Positions 41,469-56,648 are shown, counted from the stretch's first letter. The stretch: 64,000 nt of DNA from Octopus vulgaris (GCA_951406725.2 OX597814.1:185318001-185382000); one strand, 5' to 3'. Translations and numbers: made by a program. Notes: generated by a model from the sequence alone, not told the origin.

Positions 41469-42903
41469 CTGCGTGAGTTTGTCTGTCTGTCAGTTTGTCT
41501 GTGCCTGTGTGCCTGTCTGTGTGCGTGTGTGTCTGTGTCTGTCTGTTTGTCTGTCTGTGTCTCAGTGTGTGTGTCTGTCTGTCTCTGTGTGTATGTCTGT
41601 CTGTCTGTGCCTGTGTATCTGTGTGTGTCTGTTTGTTTGTCTGTGCCTGTGCGCGTGCGTGTGTGTTTGTCTGGTTGTCTGTTTGTCTCTGTGTGTGTGT
41701 GTATCTGTCTCTATGTGTGTGTGCTTGTGTGTATGTGTGTGTATGTGTGTGTGTCTGCGTGTATGTCTCTGTGTGCGTATGTATGTGTAAGCACTCACCA
41801 ACTTAATTTTTTTTTCTTCCTTTTCACATTAAATTCCGGTGTAAGCGTAATCTACATCATCTAAAATTTACTTCTAAAAAATTTCATCGAAAGGTATCCA
41901 TTCTTCTGAAAGTTATGAGGAAACAAATTCGATAGGAGAGCACTTTTGTGTAGTTATGCCCAATTTTAATCTACGAGAGAGTAACAGTGTTACAAGTGTT
42001 CTTGAGAAAGTAAATGGCTGAAGCATAAAGTGATGTGTGTAAGACGCATAATTGTACTGATACGTATTGGATGGGGAAAAACAAACTGTGCTTGCGTTGA
42101 CAGTGATAGATGTCTATCTGTAGTAGAGGCAGAATGGAGAAGATATGGATCGGGAGAAACTCTTAAGTGTAGATCTGAAAATGTTTGGCTTTGCAAAGAG
42201 ACAGCAAGAAAACAAAATACACTTAATTCCATTTCGTTCCTCTCAAATCATTTGCGCTCTAGCTCAGCTGCAGATTAAATTTGTGCATCCGATGGATAGT
42301 GTTTGGTTTATTTCTTTACAGCTTTCACTGATCTATGAGTATTCGATGTCCATTGCTCTTCATTTGCGAACTGTCGACTCGTACAAACAATGACGACATA
42401 AAGCAAAAAAGCAAACAAAGAAAAACAAAAGCAAAAACAGTAAAATGACAATGATGGTGATTATTAATAACTTGCCTTCAATTGTTTCGGCTCCGAATGT
42501 TCCAAGTTCAAATCCCACCGAGGTTAAATTTTCCTTTCATCCCTCAGGAACCCACAAGGGGCTACACACAGAGAAGACAAACAAGAACAGAAAAACGGAT
42601 TTAAGTCGATTATATCAACCCCAGTGCGTAACTGGTACTTATTTAATCGACCCCGAAAGGATGAAAGGCAAAGTCGACCTCGGCGGAATTTGAACTCTGA
42701 ATGTAACGGCAGACGAAATACGGCTATGCATTTCGCCCAGCGTGCTGACGTTTCTGCCAGCTCGCCGCCTTCAACAAAATAAAATACCAGTGAAATACCA
42801 TTGCTACCAAATAGTGTTAGTCAAGTGACAGTCAAGTACTAGGGTCGATATAATTGACTTTCCCTTCCCCTTAAAATTACTGGGTATATGCCAAAATTTG
42901 TGA

Positions 42904-43238
42904 AGGCGCATGGCTCAGTGGTTAGAGCGTCGATCTTACGATCGTGAGGTTGTGAGCTCGAATCCCGGACCGGACTGCGTGTTGTTTTCTTGAGCAAGAC
43001 ACTTTATTTCACGTTGCTTCCAGTTCACTCAGCTGTAGAAATGAGTTGCGACGTCACAGGTGCCAAGCTGTATCGGCCTTTGCCTTTCCCTTGGATAACA
43101 CTGGTGGCGTGGAGAGGGGAGGCCGGTATGCATGGGTGACTGGTAGTCTTCCATAAACATCCTTGCCCAGATTTGTGCCTGGGAGGGTAACTTTTTAGGT
43201 GCAATCCCATGGTCAGTGTCGTGACCGAAAGGGGTCTC
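42904..43238 (+). mobile_element. tRNA-derived SINE (partial inverted copy at ~45480-45682)
   Basis: GGCGCATGGCTCAGTGGTTAGAGCG..GCTCGAATCCC head followed by body CTTGAGCAAGACACTTTATTTCACGTTGCT.CCAGTTCACTCAGCTG. Confidence 0.88.
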
Positions 43239-43721
43239 AGATATGCCAAAATTTAAAACAATTATTGTTGTTATTGTTTTTGTTTTTGATTTTGATGTTG
43301 TATTTTCGTAGTAGGAAGGTGCCTTTTCTTTTTAGTTTCCCTACCAAAATACTATCACTTCAAGAATTTCCAAATCAAAATTCCATTGGAGTACTTTGTA
43401 CAAAAATTTATTATTGTCCAAGAAAGAGCGACCCTTAGTGCTCAGGTACAGACAACAGAAAATAGGGATTTACTTCACGAACTTATAACATTTTATTCGA
43501 AGAGATTAGTTTCATATCCAAAATGGCTACCACACACAATTATGCTTCATGTCAATACATCGCAAAGGTTAAAAAGCACACAAGATCAAAACACACTACT
43601 AAATACACAAAACAAAGAAAGAAATATCTCAAATAAGTAATTTAGAAGTCACAGTAATAGCAACAACAACAGTAACGACTCTTACATTTCCAGACACTAC
43701 GGCTGATATGTATATATGTAT

Positions 43722-43839
<118 letters not shown>

Positions 43840-43976
43840 GTGTGATGGGTAAACTGCCGCCATTTTATATTTCTAATTTCGTGCATGCGCATTGTTCGTT
43901 TTTGATTTTGACGACTACACAGTATAGTACACTCAGATGGTTACCGTCTGTGAGAAAAACAGCATTATCATAATCA

Positions 43977-44076
43977 CCTTCATCGGGTGTCGTGGGGAAA
44001 TTTCGAACCCGGGTTCGATATTTCCCCCAAGACATCTGATGAAGGCTGGAGGGTATATCAACAGAAACGTTGTGTT
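43977..44076 (+). ncRNA. Hammerhead motif (44031-44076) preceded by its own fold-back copy
   Basis: GACAT-CTGATGA-A-GGCTGG..TCAACA-GAAA-CG-TT-GTGTT, with a decayed stem II. Segment 43977-44045 is a near-perfect palindrome centred at 44010/44011. Confidence 0.7.
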
Positions 44077-44703
44077 AACAACAAACAAGATGAGGACAAA
44101 TATCCGTCAAATCTAAATAATGTAAATAATGTGCATAATTCTTTATCTCTTAAATATAGGACTGTATTACAGCATATATATTTTTTTTATCGGAAAGTGT
44201 TAGTTTTACAAATTTTACACTTGTTTGCCATGAGCTCAAAAATAATTTTACCGCGCATGATAAAGTGTTGAATTAAAAGATCAACCTACTAAAGCCATCA
44301 TATATTTAAAGAGTGAGAGTTTGAAATTAATCATAAAACAAAATAATTAATTAGTTAAACATTAAAAAGTGAATGATAATTCAAATTAAATATATTTGTT
44401 TGTTGTTAGCAAAGATATCTCTTTTGAAATAAGCATTTGTTTTAGTAGAAAACAGAGATACCGCTTAGCAATAGCGATACTGATAGCCGATGTACATATA
44501 CGTAAAATAAACCGTCAGATTAAAACAGGGCACATCATTTAGTGAATGAAATCAAAACACGAGCCATGTATTCACGTTCGTTTGCTTATAGATGTTTCTG
44601 CTATAAATAAGTATGCACCGAGAGCTGGGCGGCAATTAGACATCTTCTAGCTACTTCAGAGCCATTTCAACGAAGGGCTTCTTATATATATATATATATA
44701 TAC

Positions 44704-44869
44704 TTATAAGCATAATTATAATTAGGGTTCAGCAAAATGCTTCACGACATACCAAAATTTAATTTTTCTCTTTACCTACGTAAATTGGGATAGTATTTAA
44801 CTGCTATTTCTAAATTTTGGTATGTGGTGAAGCAATTTGCTGAACCCTAATTATAATTATGCTTATAAT
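44704..44869. repeat. ~58-bp inverted repeat adjacent to (TA)n
   Basis: TTATAAGCATAATTATAATTAGGGTTCAGCAAA..CATACCAAAATTTA and its reverse complement at ~44812-44869. Confidence 0.88.
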
Positions 44870-45679
44870 TATAGAATTTTTGTTCAAGGTTTTCAATAAT
44901 GGTCTTTTTAACATACCAAACTACTTGATAAAATGATTAATTATCAATTAATTTTACCCTTTATTATATTTATATATATATATATATATATAAGAGAACA
45001 AAGTGTACGCACGCCGCTATATACATATATATATATATATAATACAAAATGGGACAAGAACGCAAAACATCCGGACAACTAGGTGATACAAAAAGGTACA
45101 ACAACACATCCAGATAGACGATACAAAGAAAACAAGGACGGGTCATTCGAAATTTTCTTTCTTCAGTCAAGCACCAGATTATCTTCGCAATTTCGGCTCA
45201 TTATTCTTGAGATTGCTCCAATCTGGTCAGCCCCAAGGAAAAACTAAGCTAAGAGCATTAGATTCCTTGAAAGAAAGCAGCGAATGTATACAAAAACAAG
45301 GACGGAAAAAATGGACAATGTTACGCAAATACAATAAAAGTAATAACAGGACATAACAACAGGTACCTTTCGACTAAGGACGAATTGAATTAAGCTGGCG
45401 CAAGAGGAAATGAAGCCCTACGGCAGAGATACAAAAGTTTAACAAACCCATGGAAGAATATCTCCTATGCATACCGGCCTTCCCTCTCCAGGCCACCAAA
45501 GGAAAGACAAAGGCCGATACAGCTTGGCACCTGTGACGTCACAACTCATTTCTACAGCTGAGTTAACTGGAGCAACGTAAAATAAAGTGTCTTGCTGAAG
45601 AACACAACACGCAGCCCGGTCCGGGATTCGAACTCAACCTCGCGATCGTAAGCTCGATGTTCTAACCACTGAGCCATGC

Positions 45680-45727
<48 letters not shown>

Positions 45728-45732
45728 TATAT

Positions 45733-45804
<72 letters not shown>

Positions 45805-46237
45805 TATGTATGTATGTGTGTATATGTATATGTATTGGTATATAACTTTACATATACCAATTTATATAACAAAAAGAATATTTTTTCGTATATAAATCGT
45901 TCAGAAATTAGGTTTTTATTAGTATATTTATTAGTACATTTTTATTAGTATATTTTTTAAAAAGGAAACAAGAAAGAAACCATAGAAATAGCATAAAAAT
46001 TGTGCATCAGAAAAGAGAAAATTGTATTTTAAAAAATATGTATAAACAGTATTTGTAAAAATAATTATAAATTATATTTACACACACCCCGCACATTACA
46101 CTCATAGACACACACACACACACACACACACATGTACACACTCACATACATACGTACACACATACATACAGACAAAGAACAATCAAAAGAAACGTAATCA
46201 TTGCCAAGAAACCATATTCATAATAATAATAGTAGTA

Positions 46238-46327
<90 letters not shown>

Positions 46328-46955
46328 TATGCTAAGTATCAATAAAAGAGACAACAATGATAAAGACTATTGTTGTAAACTAAATGTTGTTGTTGTTGTT
46401 GTTGTTGTTCGCTTCATGAATAAAATCTGATTCTGAAATGTTGTTGTTGTTTCATTTTGAGGTTTCCTTTCATTTTGTTTTTAATCAAATACTTTTTCTT
46501 TTTTATTTATATATTTATATATTTCTTTTTTTTGCTCCACTAACTTGAACCTTAATATCATCATATCGATAACAAAAGAATTATTTTTAATAAACAATTA
46601 AACGAATAATTTTTTTTTTTAAAACACACACACACACACACACACACAAAAGCGAAAAGTAAAAAGAAATCAAAAATATATTTATATTTTAGAAAATAAT
46701 TTTTTGTTATTTTAACGATAACAATAGTGATATTAGTATTATTTATTCATTCTAAGTTTTTGCTACAAAACTAGTAATTTTGATGGGAGGGGCAAGCGGA
46801 TTACAAAGTCCTCCAGCACAAGTACATGACTGGAATATGTATGAGTGTAAATTTGAATAGCAGATTCATGAATATGTGTGTAGATCGTCGAAATACAAAG
46901 AGATACAGCACAGGCATGGATGAAAAATATGTGATCTTCTATCTCAGGGGAGGGG

Positions 46956-47146
46956 CTACAGAGAATTATATAGAAAGTCCCTTTGATAGTCAGGACCTGA
47001 TAGACTCGACTTGTATTCCAAAGTGGCCTCCGCAGGTGGTTGCTCGGGTACTGGAAGAAAGGAACTTCTATCATATAATGGACTCCTTCTAAAAAGGAAG
47101 AGTACAGATCTTGTGTATGGGCCCCCAACTTGCGGCTGCGGAATGC
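46956..47146 (-). CDS. Candidate terminal coding exon (phase 1: GIPQPQVGGPYTRSVLFLFRRSPLYDRSS...DFLYNSL*)
   Basis: Branch-like ccttaat plus ctttcttgtctcctgcag|GC. 62 open codons in the phase left by exon 55906-56047. Unique, GC-balanced island. Confidence 0.7.
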
Positions 47147-48674
47147 CTGCAGGAGACAAGAAAGTTTATTAAGGACTCATTTATGTAATAGGTTTATCAC
47201 CTTATTAAATTGTTTTTAATTTTTAGTCCATAAAGTGCTATAAAATTGTAAGAGGGTTAATACCTCATTCAGTGTTTTTAAAAAAGAACAATGTTTTAGC
47301 GAAGCAAAAGTCGGCGGGCGCTTTTCGTCTTCTCCTCCCATCCTTATCATCCTTGTATCATTATCATTCACCTCATTAATGTCCGTGTCCAGCCCGCAAG
47401 CTACATTACTCTATGTACTGCCTTTAGGGCAAATTTGATAAAATAAAATAAAGAAGCGACGAACTGGCAGAAACGTTAGTACGCCGGGCGAAATGCTTTG
47501 CGGTATTTCGTCTGCCTCTACGTTCTCAGTTCAAATTTCGCCGGGTCAACTTTGCCTTTCATCCTTTCGGGGTCGATTAAATAAGTACCAGTTACGCACT
47601 GGAGTCGATATAATCGACTTAATCCGTTTGTCTGTCCTTGTATGTCCCCTCTATGTTTAGCCCCTTGTGGGCAATAAAGAAATAAGCTTGTTTCCCAACC
47701 ACATGGTCCCACGTTCCGTATATGTGTGAGTGTGTATGTATGTATGTGTGAGTGAATGTGTGTGTGCGCATATGTGTGTCTGTGTGTGTATGCTTGTGTG
47801 TGTGTATTTATGAGTGTGCATCTCCGAGTTTATATTTGTCCCCCTCCCCCACCATCGCTTGGCAACCGATGCCGGTGTGTTGACGTCCCCGTAACTTAAC
47901 GGTTCGGCAAAAAAAAGACCGATAGAATAAGTACCAGGCTTTCAAGGAATAAGTCCTAGAGATGATTTCTTCGACTAAATCCTTTTGAGGCGGTGCCCCA
48001 GCATGGCCGCAGTCAAATGACTGAAACAAGTAAAATAATAAAAGAACACATACATAAACACGTGCCCCCACCCACCCACACACACACAAATACATATTGT
48101 TGAAGGCATAAGAATTCAGAAACCTCCGAGAGAACGTGAAATAATTACTTCAGGCCTATTTTATCGATTTCGAAAGGATGAAAGCCAAAGTCGGCACTCG
48201 GTGGAATTTTGACTCAGAACATAAAAACGCCGGCGGAAATGTCGCTAAATATTTTGTCCGACGCACTAATGATTTTGCTTTTTCTAGCTTGCTGCCTTTT
48301 GTCGTACTATTAATTATAACATCGATAATGAAAAAAATAATGGAGGAAGAGATAGCTACTATGTTGTTAAGCAGTTCGACTCTTAACCATGCAATCCTGA
48401 AGCCGATTCCACTGCGCGTCACTTTGGGCCTTAAGGGGCTTTTTTTATCTAGCTTTTGTTTTTGTTTTGTTTTGTTTTGGTTTTTGCTTAGTATTTGTTA
48501 CCAGGAAAACTGCATAAGCTCTGGAAAATTTCTAAATCATTATGACCTCAACATGTGTGTGTGTGTGTATGAGTGTATGTGTGTACGTGTGCGTATGAAC
48601 GTGAGCGTGCGTGGTAGTGGTGGCGGCGGCGGCGGCGGAAGAAGAAGAAGAAGAAGAAGAAGAAGAAGAAGAAG

Positions 48675-48706
<32 letters not shown>

Positions 48707-48868
48707 GAAAACGAAGAAAAAGAAGTGGAGGAGGAAGAGGAGGAGGGGAAAAGGAGGGAGATGAGGAGGAGGGGGAGGAAGAAGAGGAGGAGAAGGAGGG
48801 GGAAGGGCGGAGGAGGAAGAAGAGGAGGAGAAGGAGGGGGAAGGGCGGAGGAGGAAGAGGAGGAGGAT

Positions 48869-48930
48869 TTATTGTATTGTGGTTGTCACTGTTGTAGATG
48901 TCATTAGTGTTGGTGCTGAGGTTGTTTGCT
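48869..48930 (-). CDS. Candidate alternative last exon (phase 1: EQTTSAPTLMTSTTVTTTIQ*)
   Basis: Acceptor gacctcacttgtgtgtgcag|AG. Confidence 0.4.
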
Positions 48931-51716
48931 CTGCACACACAAGTGAGGTCACCATCCCAAAATCAGAACAACAACAACAACAACAACAACGACAACGATG
49001 TCAACGACGACGACGATGACGACGGCAATAATTATAGCAATGATAAAAACATGAAAAGGAACAGAAAAAGAGAGAACAAAAAAAAAACGAAAAATAATTG
49101 TTATTCATAATATGCAGTCGGTGCAAATTTTTGTGATGAGTGGAGAGATTGTGTAATTGAAGATGGAGGGGCAAAGTAATTCATTGTCTTCTTCCACTCT
49201 AACAACCCCACCGTACAAACACACACTCACACACATACACACACATACACACACACTCGCACACACTTTCCTAAATTCTCACACTCTTTTACTGTCACTC
49301 TCTCCCCCCTCCCCGTCTCTCTCTCTCTCTCTCTCTCTTTCGATTGTAGCTAGATTAAACTTTGGGTAATAGAGGTACTCCTTCGAAAGCATCGAGCTGG
49401 CAGAATCGTTAGAACGCCGGGCGAAATGCTTTGCGATATTTCGTCTGCCGCTACGTTCTGAGTTCAAATTCCGCCGTGGTCGAATTGCCTTTCATCCTTT
49501 CGGGGTCGATAAATTAAGTACCAGTTACGCACTGGGATCTATATAATCGACTCAATTCCTTTGTCTGTCCTTGTTTATCCTTGTTTGTCCCCTCTATGTT
49601 TAGCCCCTTGTGAGCAGTAAAGTAATAAGAATTATTAAAAAGGCGGCGAAGTGGCAGAATCGTTAGCACTCCGGGCGAAATGCTTAGCGGTATTTCGTCT
49701 GCCGTTACGTTCTAAGTTCAAATTTCGCCAAGGTCAGCTTTGCCTTTCATCCTTTCGGGGTCGATTAAATAAGTACCAGTTACGCACTAGGGTCATTAGG
49801 CCAATAATAAAACATGTACTGGTTCAATTTCACTTCTTTCTTCAATGTCGTGTTCTCTCTACTTCAGGTCAGCCTTGTATCTGTCTCACTATAAACGTAT
49901 ATTATACTCTGTCGGGGTCGATAAATTAAGTACCAGTTACGCACTGGGGTCGATGTGTGTGTGTCTGTCCTTGTTTGTCCCCTCTATGTTTAGCCCCTTG
50001 TAGGTAGTAAAGAAACGTATATTATACTCTGTGTGTGTGTGTGTGTGTGTGTGATGCATGTCTTTGCTAGCTACGTATTCTTTTATTGATTTCGGTAATT
50101 GGGTATTACCTGTTGTTGTACCAACCACAGAAGTATAATAGGCGGAATTTAAACCCATTAACTAAAGGAACATAACTAAATATTTCTAGGTATATTTCCC
50201 GATTTTGCCATAGTCTTCAAAACGTATGACGTATGCTCCCCTTTGATTTGAGCCCTGTAAATGGAATTGTGGGGCACCATTCTGACCTTCTTTGTCTATA
50301 TCTAAATCTAGCAGAAGCTGTCTTTTTTTAGATATGACCTTAGCTAGTTTCTTCTACAAAGGAATAGAGAGATCAGCTCCAGTTCCTAACTGGTATTTTA
50401 TACATCAACCCCAGCTAAATGGAAAGCAAAGCTGAGTTGATCTCGGTGTAATTTGATCTCAAAGAGCAAAGAGCTGGAGTATATACCACCAGACACTCTG
50501 TTCGACACCTCTAACGACTTTCTCACTTGGTCGTCTTGACATATGTATATATATCTGGACGTATCATCGAAGCTGTAAATTAAACAAGCGAGACACAAAC
50601 CAGCAAGAACGTACGTGCATGCGTGCGTGCGTATGTGTCTGCCTGTATCGTAGTGTGTTTGCGCATGCGTATGTGAGTATTTCTAGAGATGTTGCCTGAT
50701 TTGGTGTCAATGAATGCACATATCAATGCGCAATACAACCACATACATATGCATAAGATGAGTGCATGCCTGTAGTATTTGCATGCATTTTGCTTGTATT
50801 TATGTGTATGTATTCGGATGTCTTCATGGGAGATGCTGCATAATTTAGTCTGAATGTATATGTACGTGTGTATGTGTTTTGTATCTATGTTTCTATGCAT
50901 GTTTATGATTGCTTACTCAACACATTTACATATATATGTGTGATAGTAGCCAGATACATTCCACTTTAAAATGTATGTGTTTTTTTCATGTACAGCTTGT
51001 ATGTGTGAGTACTTGCGTGTAGTCCCAATGCTCATGTGTACTGTGGTTTATATGTGTGTTTGTTGATGTGTACATGTGCGTGTATGTGTGTGTAACAGAG
51101 TTTTGGAATGAGGATAGCTGTTGGGGTACTGGTGTGTTTGTGACGTTTATGTACGTCGATGTGTATTTGTATGTGCAAGCATTTGTGGTTGAGCAATACC
51201 ATTATGGATATATATATATATGTGTGAGTGTTTGATATAATGGTAAAAGTAGTGGGTGGCCATGTTGCTGTAGGGAAATCTATTAGTATATAGGCGTGGC
51301 TGTGTGGTAAGAAGCTTGTTTCCCAATCAAATGGTTCCGGGTTCAGTCCCATTTTGTCTTTTACTATAGCCTTGGGCCGACCAAAATCTTGTGAGTGGAT
51401 TTTGTAGACAGAAACTGATATATAAGAAGAATTAAGGCAGCGAGCTGGCAGAAATGTTAGCACACCGGGCAAAATTATTGACGGTATTTCGTCCGCTGTT
51501 ACGTTCTGAGTTCAAATTCCGTTGAGGTCGACTTAGCCTTTCATCCTTTCGGAGTCGATAAATTAAGTACCAGTTACGCACTGGGGATCGATGTAATCGA
51601 CTTAATCCCTTTGTCTATCCTTGTTTGTCCCCTCTATGTTTAGCCCCTTCTGGGCAATAAAGAAATTAGAAACTGAAAGAAGCTCGTCCTATATATATAT
51701 ATATATATATATATAT

Positions 51717-51793
<77 letters not shown>

Positions 51794-52318
51794 TTGTATC
51801 AGTGGTTGTCCCCCACCATCGCTTGACAACTGGTGTTGAAGTGTTTACGCCCCCTTATCTTAGTGATAAAATAAGTACTAGGCGTTAAAAAGATTAAGTC
51901 CTGGAGTCGATTTGTTTATCTAAAACCCTTCAAGGCGGTGCTCCAGCATGGCTGCAGTCAAATGCCTGAAAAGTAAAATAATGAAATAATAAAAGAATAT
52001 ATAAACAGATATATGATTGAAAATTTCTACTTGTAAATCTCTCAACGAGAAACAGTCAGTGACATTACTCTAGAGTAAAGATTATTTGCCAATATAACGT
52101 AGCAGTCGAATGTTACTGTTATTTAGCTCCAAGAAACATCGTCTCCAGCTGGAGGCGATATTTACTGGGCAAATAATCTTTACAGTAAATAGATATATAA
52201 ATATATCTATATACGCACATACATACATACATACATACATACATACATACATACATACATGCATACATACATACATACATACATACATACATACATACAT
52301 GCATGCATACATATATTT

Positions 52319-52386
<68 letters not shown>

Positions 52387-52395
52387 ATATGTATG

Positions 52396-52460
<65 letters not shown>

Positions 52461-52749
52461 TCTAATATGAGACGTCACGAAACGTATATAATCTAATGAT
52501 TATATAAATGTATATAATCTAACGTATATAATCTAATGCTCTTAGCTTAGTTTTTCCTTGGGGCTGGCCAGATTGGAGCAATCTCAAGATTAATCAGCCG
52601 AAATTGCAAGGATGATCCGGTTCTTGACTGAGGATAGGAATCTTCGAATGACGCGTCTTTGTTTTTTTTGTATCGTCTATCCGGATGTTCTGTTGTCCCT
52701 TTTTGTATCACCTAGTTGTCCGGATGTTTTGCGTTCTTGTCCCATTTTG

Positions 52750-52814
<65 letters not shown>

Positions 52815-54072
52815 CTATATTAAATTTCTGAGCGAGATATAAACAGTAGCAATACGGAATCGTAACATACAATTGCCAACCAACAGTGGCGTCCCACACG
52901 GGACAGTGCTACTGACGTTTATAGCCCCAGGAAGACATCTCTTCCAGTTGGCCAACGACACACATTCTATGTCTGATTAGTATTTGTGAAGGGATGTCAT
53001 CGCTACCATCCCTAGCCTTACGTGATACACATGGACTCGAGTTTCTGAGTGGTTACCCGTCCTCAGCGTGTGTTAATCACCAGCTAGAGATGAAAACTCG
53101 CCTCACTCGCAAAATGATATATGTTTGGGCTATAAATGTCAGTAGCACTGACCCGTGTGGGACGCCTCACTTGGTTGGCAATTACCTGATGAAGGGTTGT
53201 TCTTTATGTTGTTTGTCTTGTTTTCCATTTGTGTCTTTCATTTTTCGAAAAAAATAGTTCATATTCCATGTACTCGTACTTCGTATTTTTTGTTGTACAC
53301 GTTTTGTGACGTCCTGTGCCCACATATGCATACACATATATGTATATATATATATATGTGTGTGTCTATGTGTGTTTGTGTGTATGTATGTATGTATGTG
53401 TATATATATATACGTGTAGATGTAAGTATGTACATATACGGATATATAGATGCATATATATATATATATATTATTTGTATTATTATATGACTGAACGCTA
53501 CGCATCCTCTTCTATGTAAGTTTTATCGTAATACTTCTGATGCGCACTCTATACGGCCTTTTTCTTTCGTTTTTCTCTTTGTCTCTCTCTTATTTTTTTA
53601 CCTCCTCTTCTCCTACTATTCTATCCAATTACTCTGTCACTCTCTCTCCCTCACACCTCCTCCCTTTCTCACGTGGCTCCCACTTGACCATCGGCCATCT
53701 TTCTTTCTTATCCTAACTTATATTTCTTCCTTTCTCTCCGTTGTAGCTGGAACAAGGAAGACGTGTTCTTGTTTGTCTCCTGTCCTAGCTTGATTTACGC
53801 GTACACCACCACGACCTCGTTTAGGCTTAGCAGCCCTTCCTGTATCTTTTCACTGTCCTGTTTGTGTTACCTATTTTGTTACCGCAAAATCCCAATATAG
53901 TAGGGTGTACAATGGTATATGTGTGTGGTTTAAGTACATGTGTGTATGTGAATGCGTTGTTGTACTCTGGTATAAGCAAATGCCTGTATGTATGAGGGTG
54001 TGTATATTATACTAATGAGCATATGTGCGTGTGAGTGTATGTCTATATATGTGTGCGTCTGTATGTGTGTAT

Positions 54073-54277
54073 ACAGTAATCCCTCACCATTTCGCGGTTC
54101 ACCTATCGCGGTTTATTTAAGCTTACGGCGATTCCTCCGTGTGTTGTTTTGCATTTATAATAAAATATATACATATATATATATATAGTACAGTACTGTT
54201 TCTACTTCGCGGATTTTCACTTATCGCGGGTGGTTTTGGAACGTAACATCCGCGATAGTCGAGGTGTTACGTTCTGT
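54073..54277. mobile_element. Pogo/Tigger-like MITE
   Basis: TA-CAGTAATCCCTC..TTCGCGG at the left end; CCGCGATAGTCGAGG..CTG-TA at the right end; internal TCGCGG repeats. Confidence 0.6.
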
Positions 54278-55096
54278 ATGTCTATATGTGTATGTGTGTG
54301 TGTTGTGTCTATATGTGTGCGTGTGTGTGCGCGCGCGTATGTAGTGGAGCATTGGTGTGTGCGCGGTATATGGGACGTAGTGTGTTGCGTGATTAAATAC
54401 CCCGTTTTTTATATTCCATATTTGCTTCTGTCAAAAACGATTCCAATTGAAATAATTGAATGAATAACAAATTACAAACTATTATACAATAAACCAACAC
54501 GGTGGAGGCGGCGGTGGTGGTGGTGGTGGTGGAGGAGGAGGGGTGGAGGAGGGGTGGAGGAGGGGTGGAGGAGGAGGAGGAGGAGGAGGAGGAGGAGGAG
54601 GAGGAGGAGGCAGAGGAGGTGGAGAAGGAAGGGGAGGTGGAAGAAGAAGAGGTGGTGGAGGAGGAAGGGGAGGTAGAGAAGGAAGAGGAGGAGGAGAAAG
54701 GGGAGGTGGTGGTGATGGTGGTGCTGGTGGTGATGGTGATGGCGGTGGAGGAGGAGGAGACGGCGGTGGAGGTGGCGGACGGGGGTGGTGGCAAAGATGT
54801 TGGTGGTACGTAATGACATTTGTGCCGCTTGGTGGTGATAGTGGTGGTGGTGGTGGTGGTGGTGGTTGTGGCGGTGGTGGTAGCTGTGGTGATGTTGGGG
54901 TAAGTGGTTTAGTGCGGTGGTGGTAAGGAGCTGGTGGTGAGTAATGGCATTTGTACATCTTGTGTGGTGGTGGTGGCTTTGGTGGTGGCTTTGGTGCTAT
55001 TGTTGATAGTGATGTAGTTGCGGTGATGGTAGCGGCCGTAGATTTTTTGCTGGTGATAGTGGTGGAATAGGTGTTGGTGGTGGTTGTGGTGGTGAC

Positions 55097-55142
<46 letters not shown>

Positions 55143-55388
55143 GTGATGGTGGGTGGTGGTGGTGGTGGTAGGTGGTGGTGGTGGTGGTGGTGGTGGTGGT
55201 GGTGGTTGTGGCGAAGCTCATGTAGTGGTGTTGCTGTTGCTAACGATATTTATAACGTTATTTGTTGTTGTTGTTGTAGTGGTGGTGGTGGTGGTGGTGG
55301 TTGTGGTGGTGTTAGTGGTGATCGTCGTCGTCGTTGTAATAACGTAAAAGAGAAAATGGTCTTAGTATATCTATGTGCATGTGTGAAC

Positions 55389-55427
<39 letters not shown>

Positions 55428-55480
55428 TGTGTGTGTGCGTATGCGTGTGTATATATATATACATACATACACACACATAC

Positions 55481-55549
<69 letters not shown>

Positions 55550-55591
55550 GTATATACATATATACATATATATACATATATATATATACAG

Positions 55592-55638
<47 letters not shown>

Positions 55639-55905
55639 CACACACACACATTACACTACACACATGAATGCTAACGGAAGAGGGTGTCTACAGATTGTTT
55701 GGTTGGGTTGTGTCATATAATGAGTAAGGAGGAGGAGAGTAAGGAGGAGGTGGTGGAAGGAAGAGACGGTAGTGGGTGGATGGGTGGATGGGTGGACAGT
55801 GAAGTGAGATTGTTACAGTCTGTGTTATTGTGGTTTCTTTTGTGAAAGAGACTCAGTTCAAGACCTCGTGTGAATAATCCGTTGCTAAGGGGAAATTACA
55901 AATAC

Positions 55906-56047
55906 CGCCATTGTGCTGCTCGATGTGTACGGTAAAACGATGTTGTGCAACTGGAGAAGAAGACTTGGGAGTTTTAGCGAAAATCTCTTGCTTCTTGAGC
56001 GCAGCCTCCTCTTCTGCTTCGTATCTTTTTTTTTTTTTTTCTATTTC
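55906..56047 (-). CDS. 142-nt internal coding exon of an unidentified gene (EIEKKKKRYEAEEEAALKKQEIFAKTPKSSSPVAQHRFTVHIEQHNG)
   Basis: gcctttctccag|GAA...GGC G|gtattt. Open frame, phase 0 to 1, protein-like charged helix followed by an SP-rich linker. Confidence 0.8.
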
Positions 56048-56567
56048 CTGGAGAAAGGCTTTTTGTAGATTTTGTCTTTTGTTTTTTGTTTTTGTTTGTT
56101 TTTTGTTGTTATTTTTTTGCTTTGATCGACAAGTTTCAGTCGAACGAAATCGGCCCCATGACTTAATTTTTAAAGCCTGTTACTTATTCTATCCACCCTT
56201 TTGCCGATCCGCTATGTCACGGGAACGTAAACAAACCAAACAAGCAGTGGCGGGTGGCAAACACAAAGACATACACGGGCACACACGCATATGTATGTAT
56301 GTATATATATATATATATATATATATCAATGCGCCCTTTTAAAGCCTATCCAGGCTCATGGGCCCGGTTTCAATGCCGTATGTGTTCCCCAGCTGGACGG
56401 GACTCTAGTCCATCGCACCGTTACTCATTTTTGCAAGCTGAGTGAACTGGAGCAACGTGAAATGAAGTATTTTGCTCAAGAACACAACGCGTCGCCAAAT
56501 CCAGGAATCGAAACCACAATCTTACGATCATGATGCTGACACCCTAACCACTAATCCACGCCCCCCC

Positions 56568-56648
<81 letters not shown>

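Noticed and set aside
46826-47092. Plus-strand 88-aa ORF (MTGICMSV...HIMDSF)
   Set aside because: It is antisense to a minus-strand exon candidate with a strong acceptor and matching phase. It has no splice or homology support of its own.
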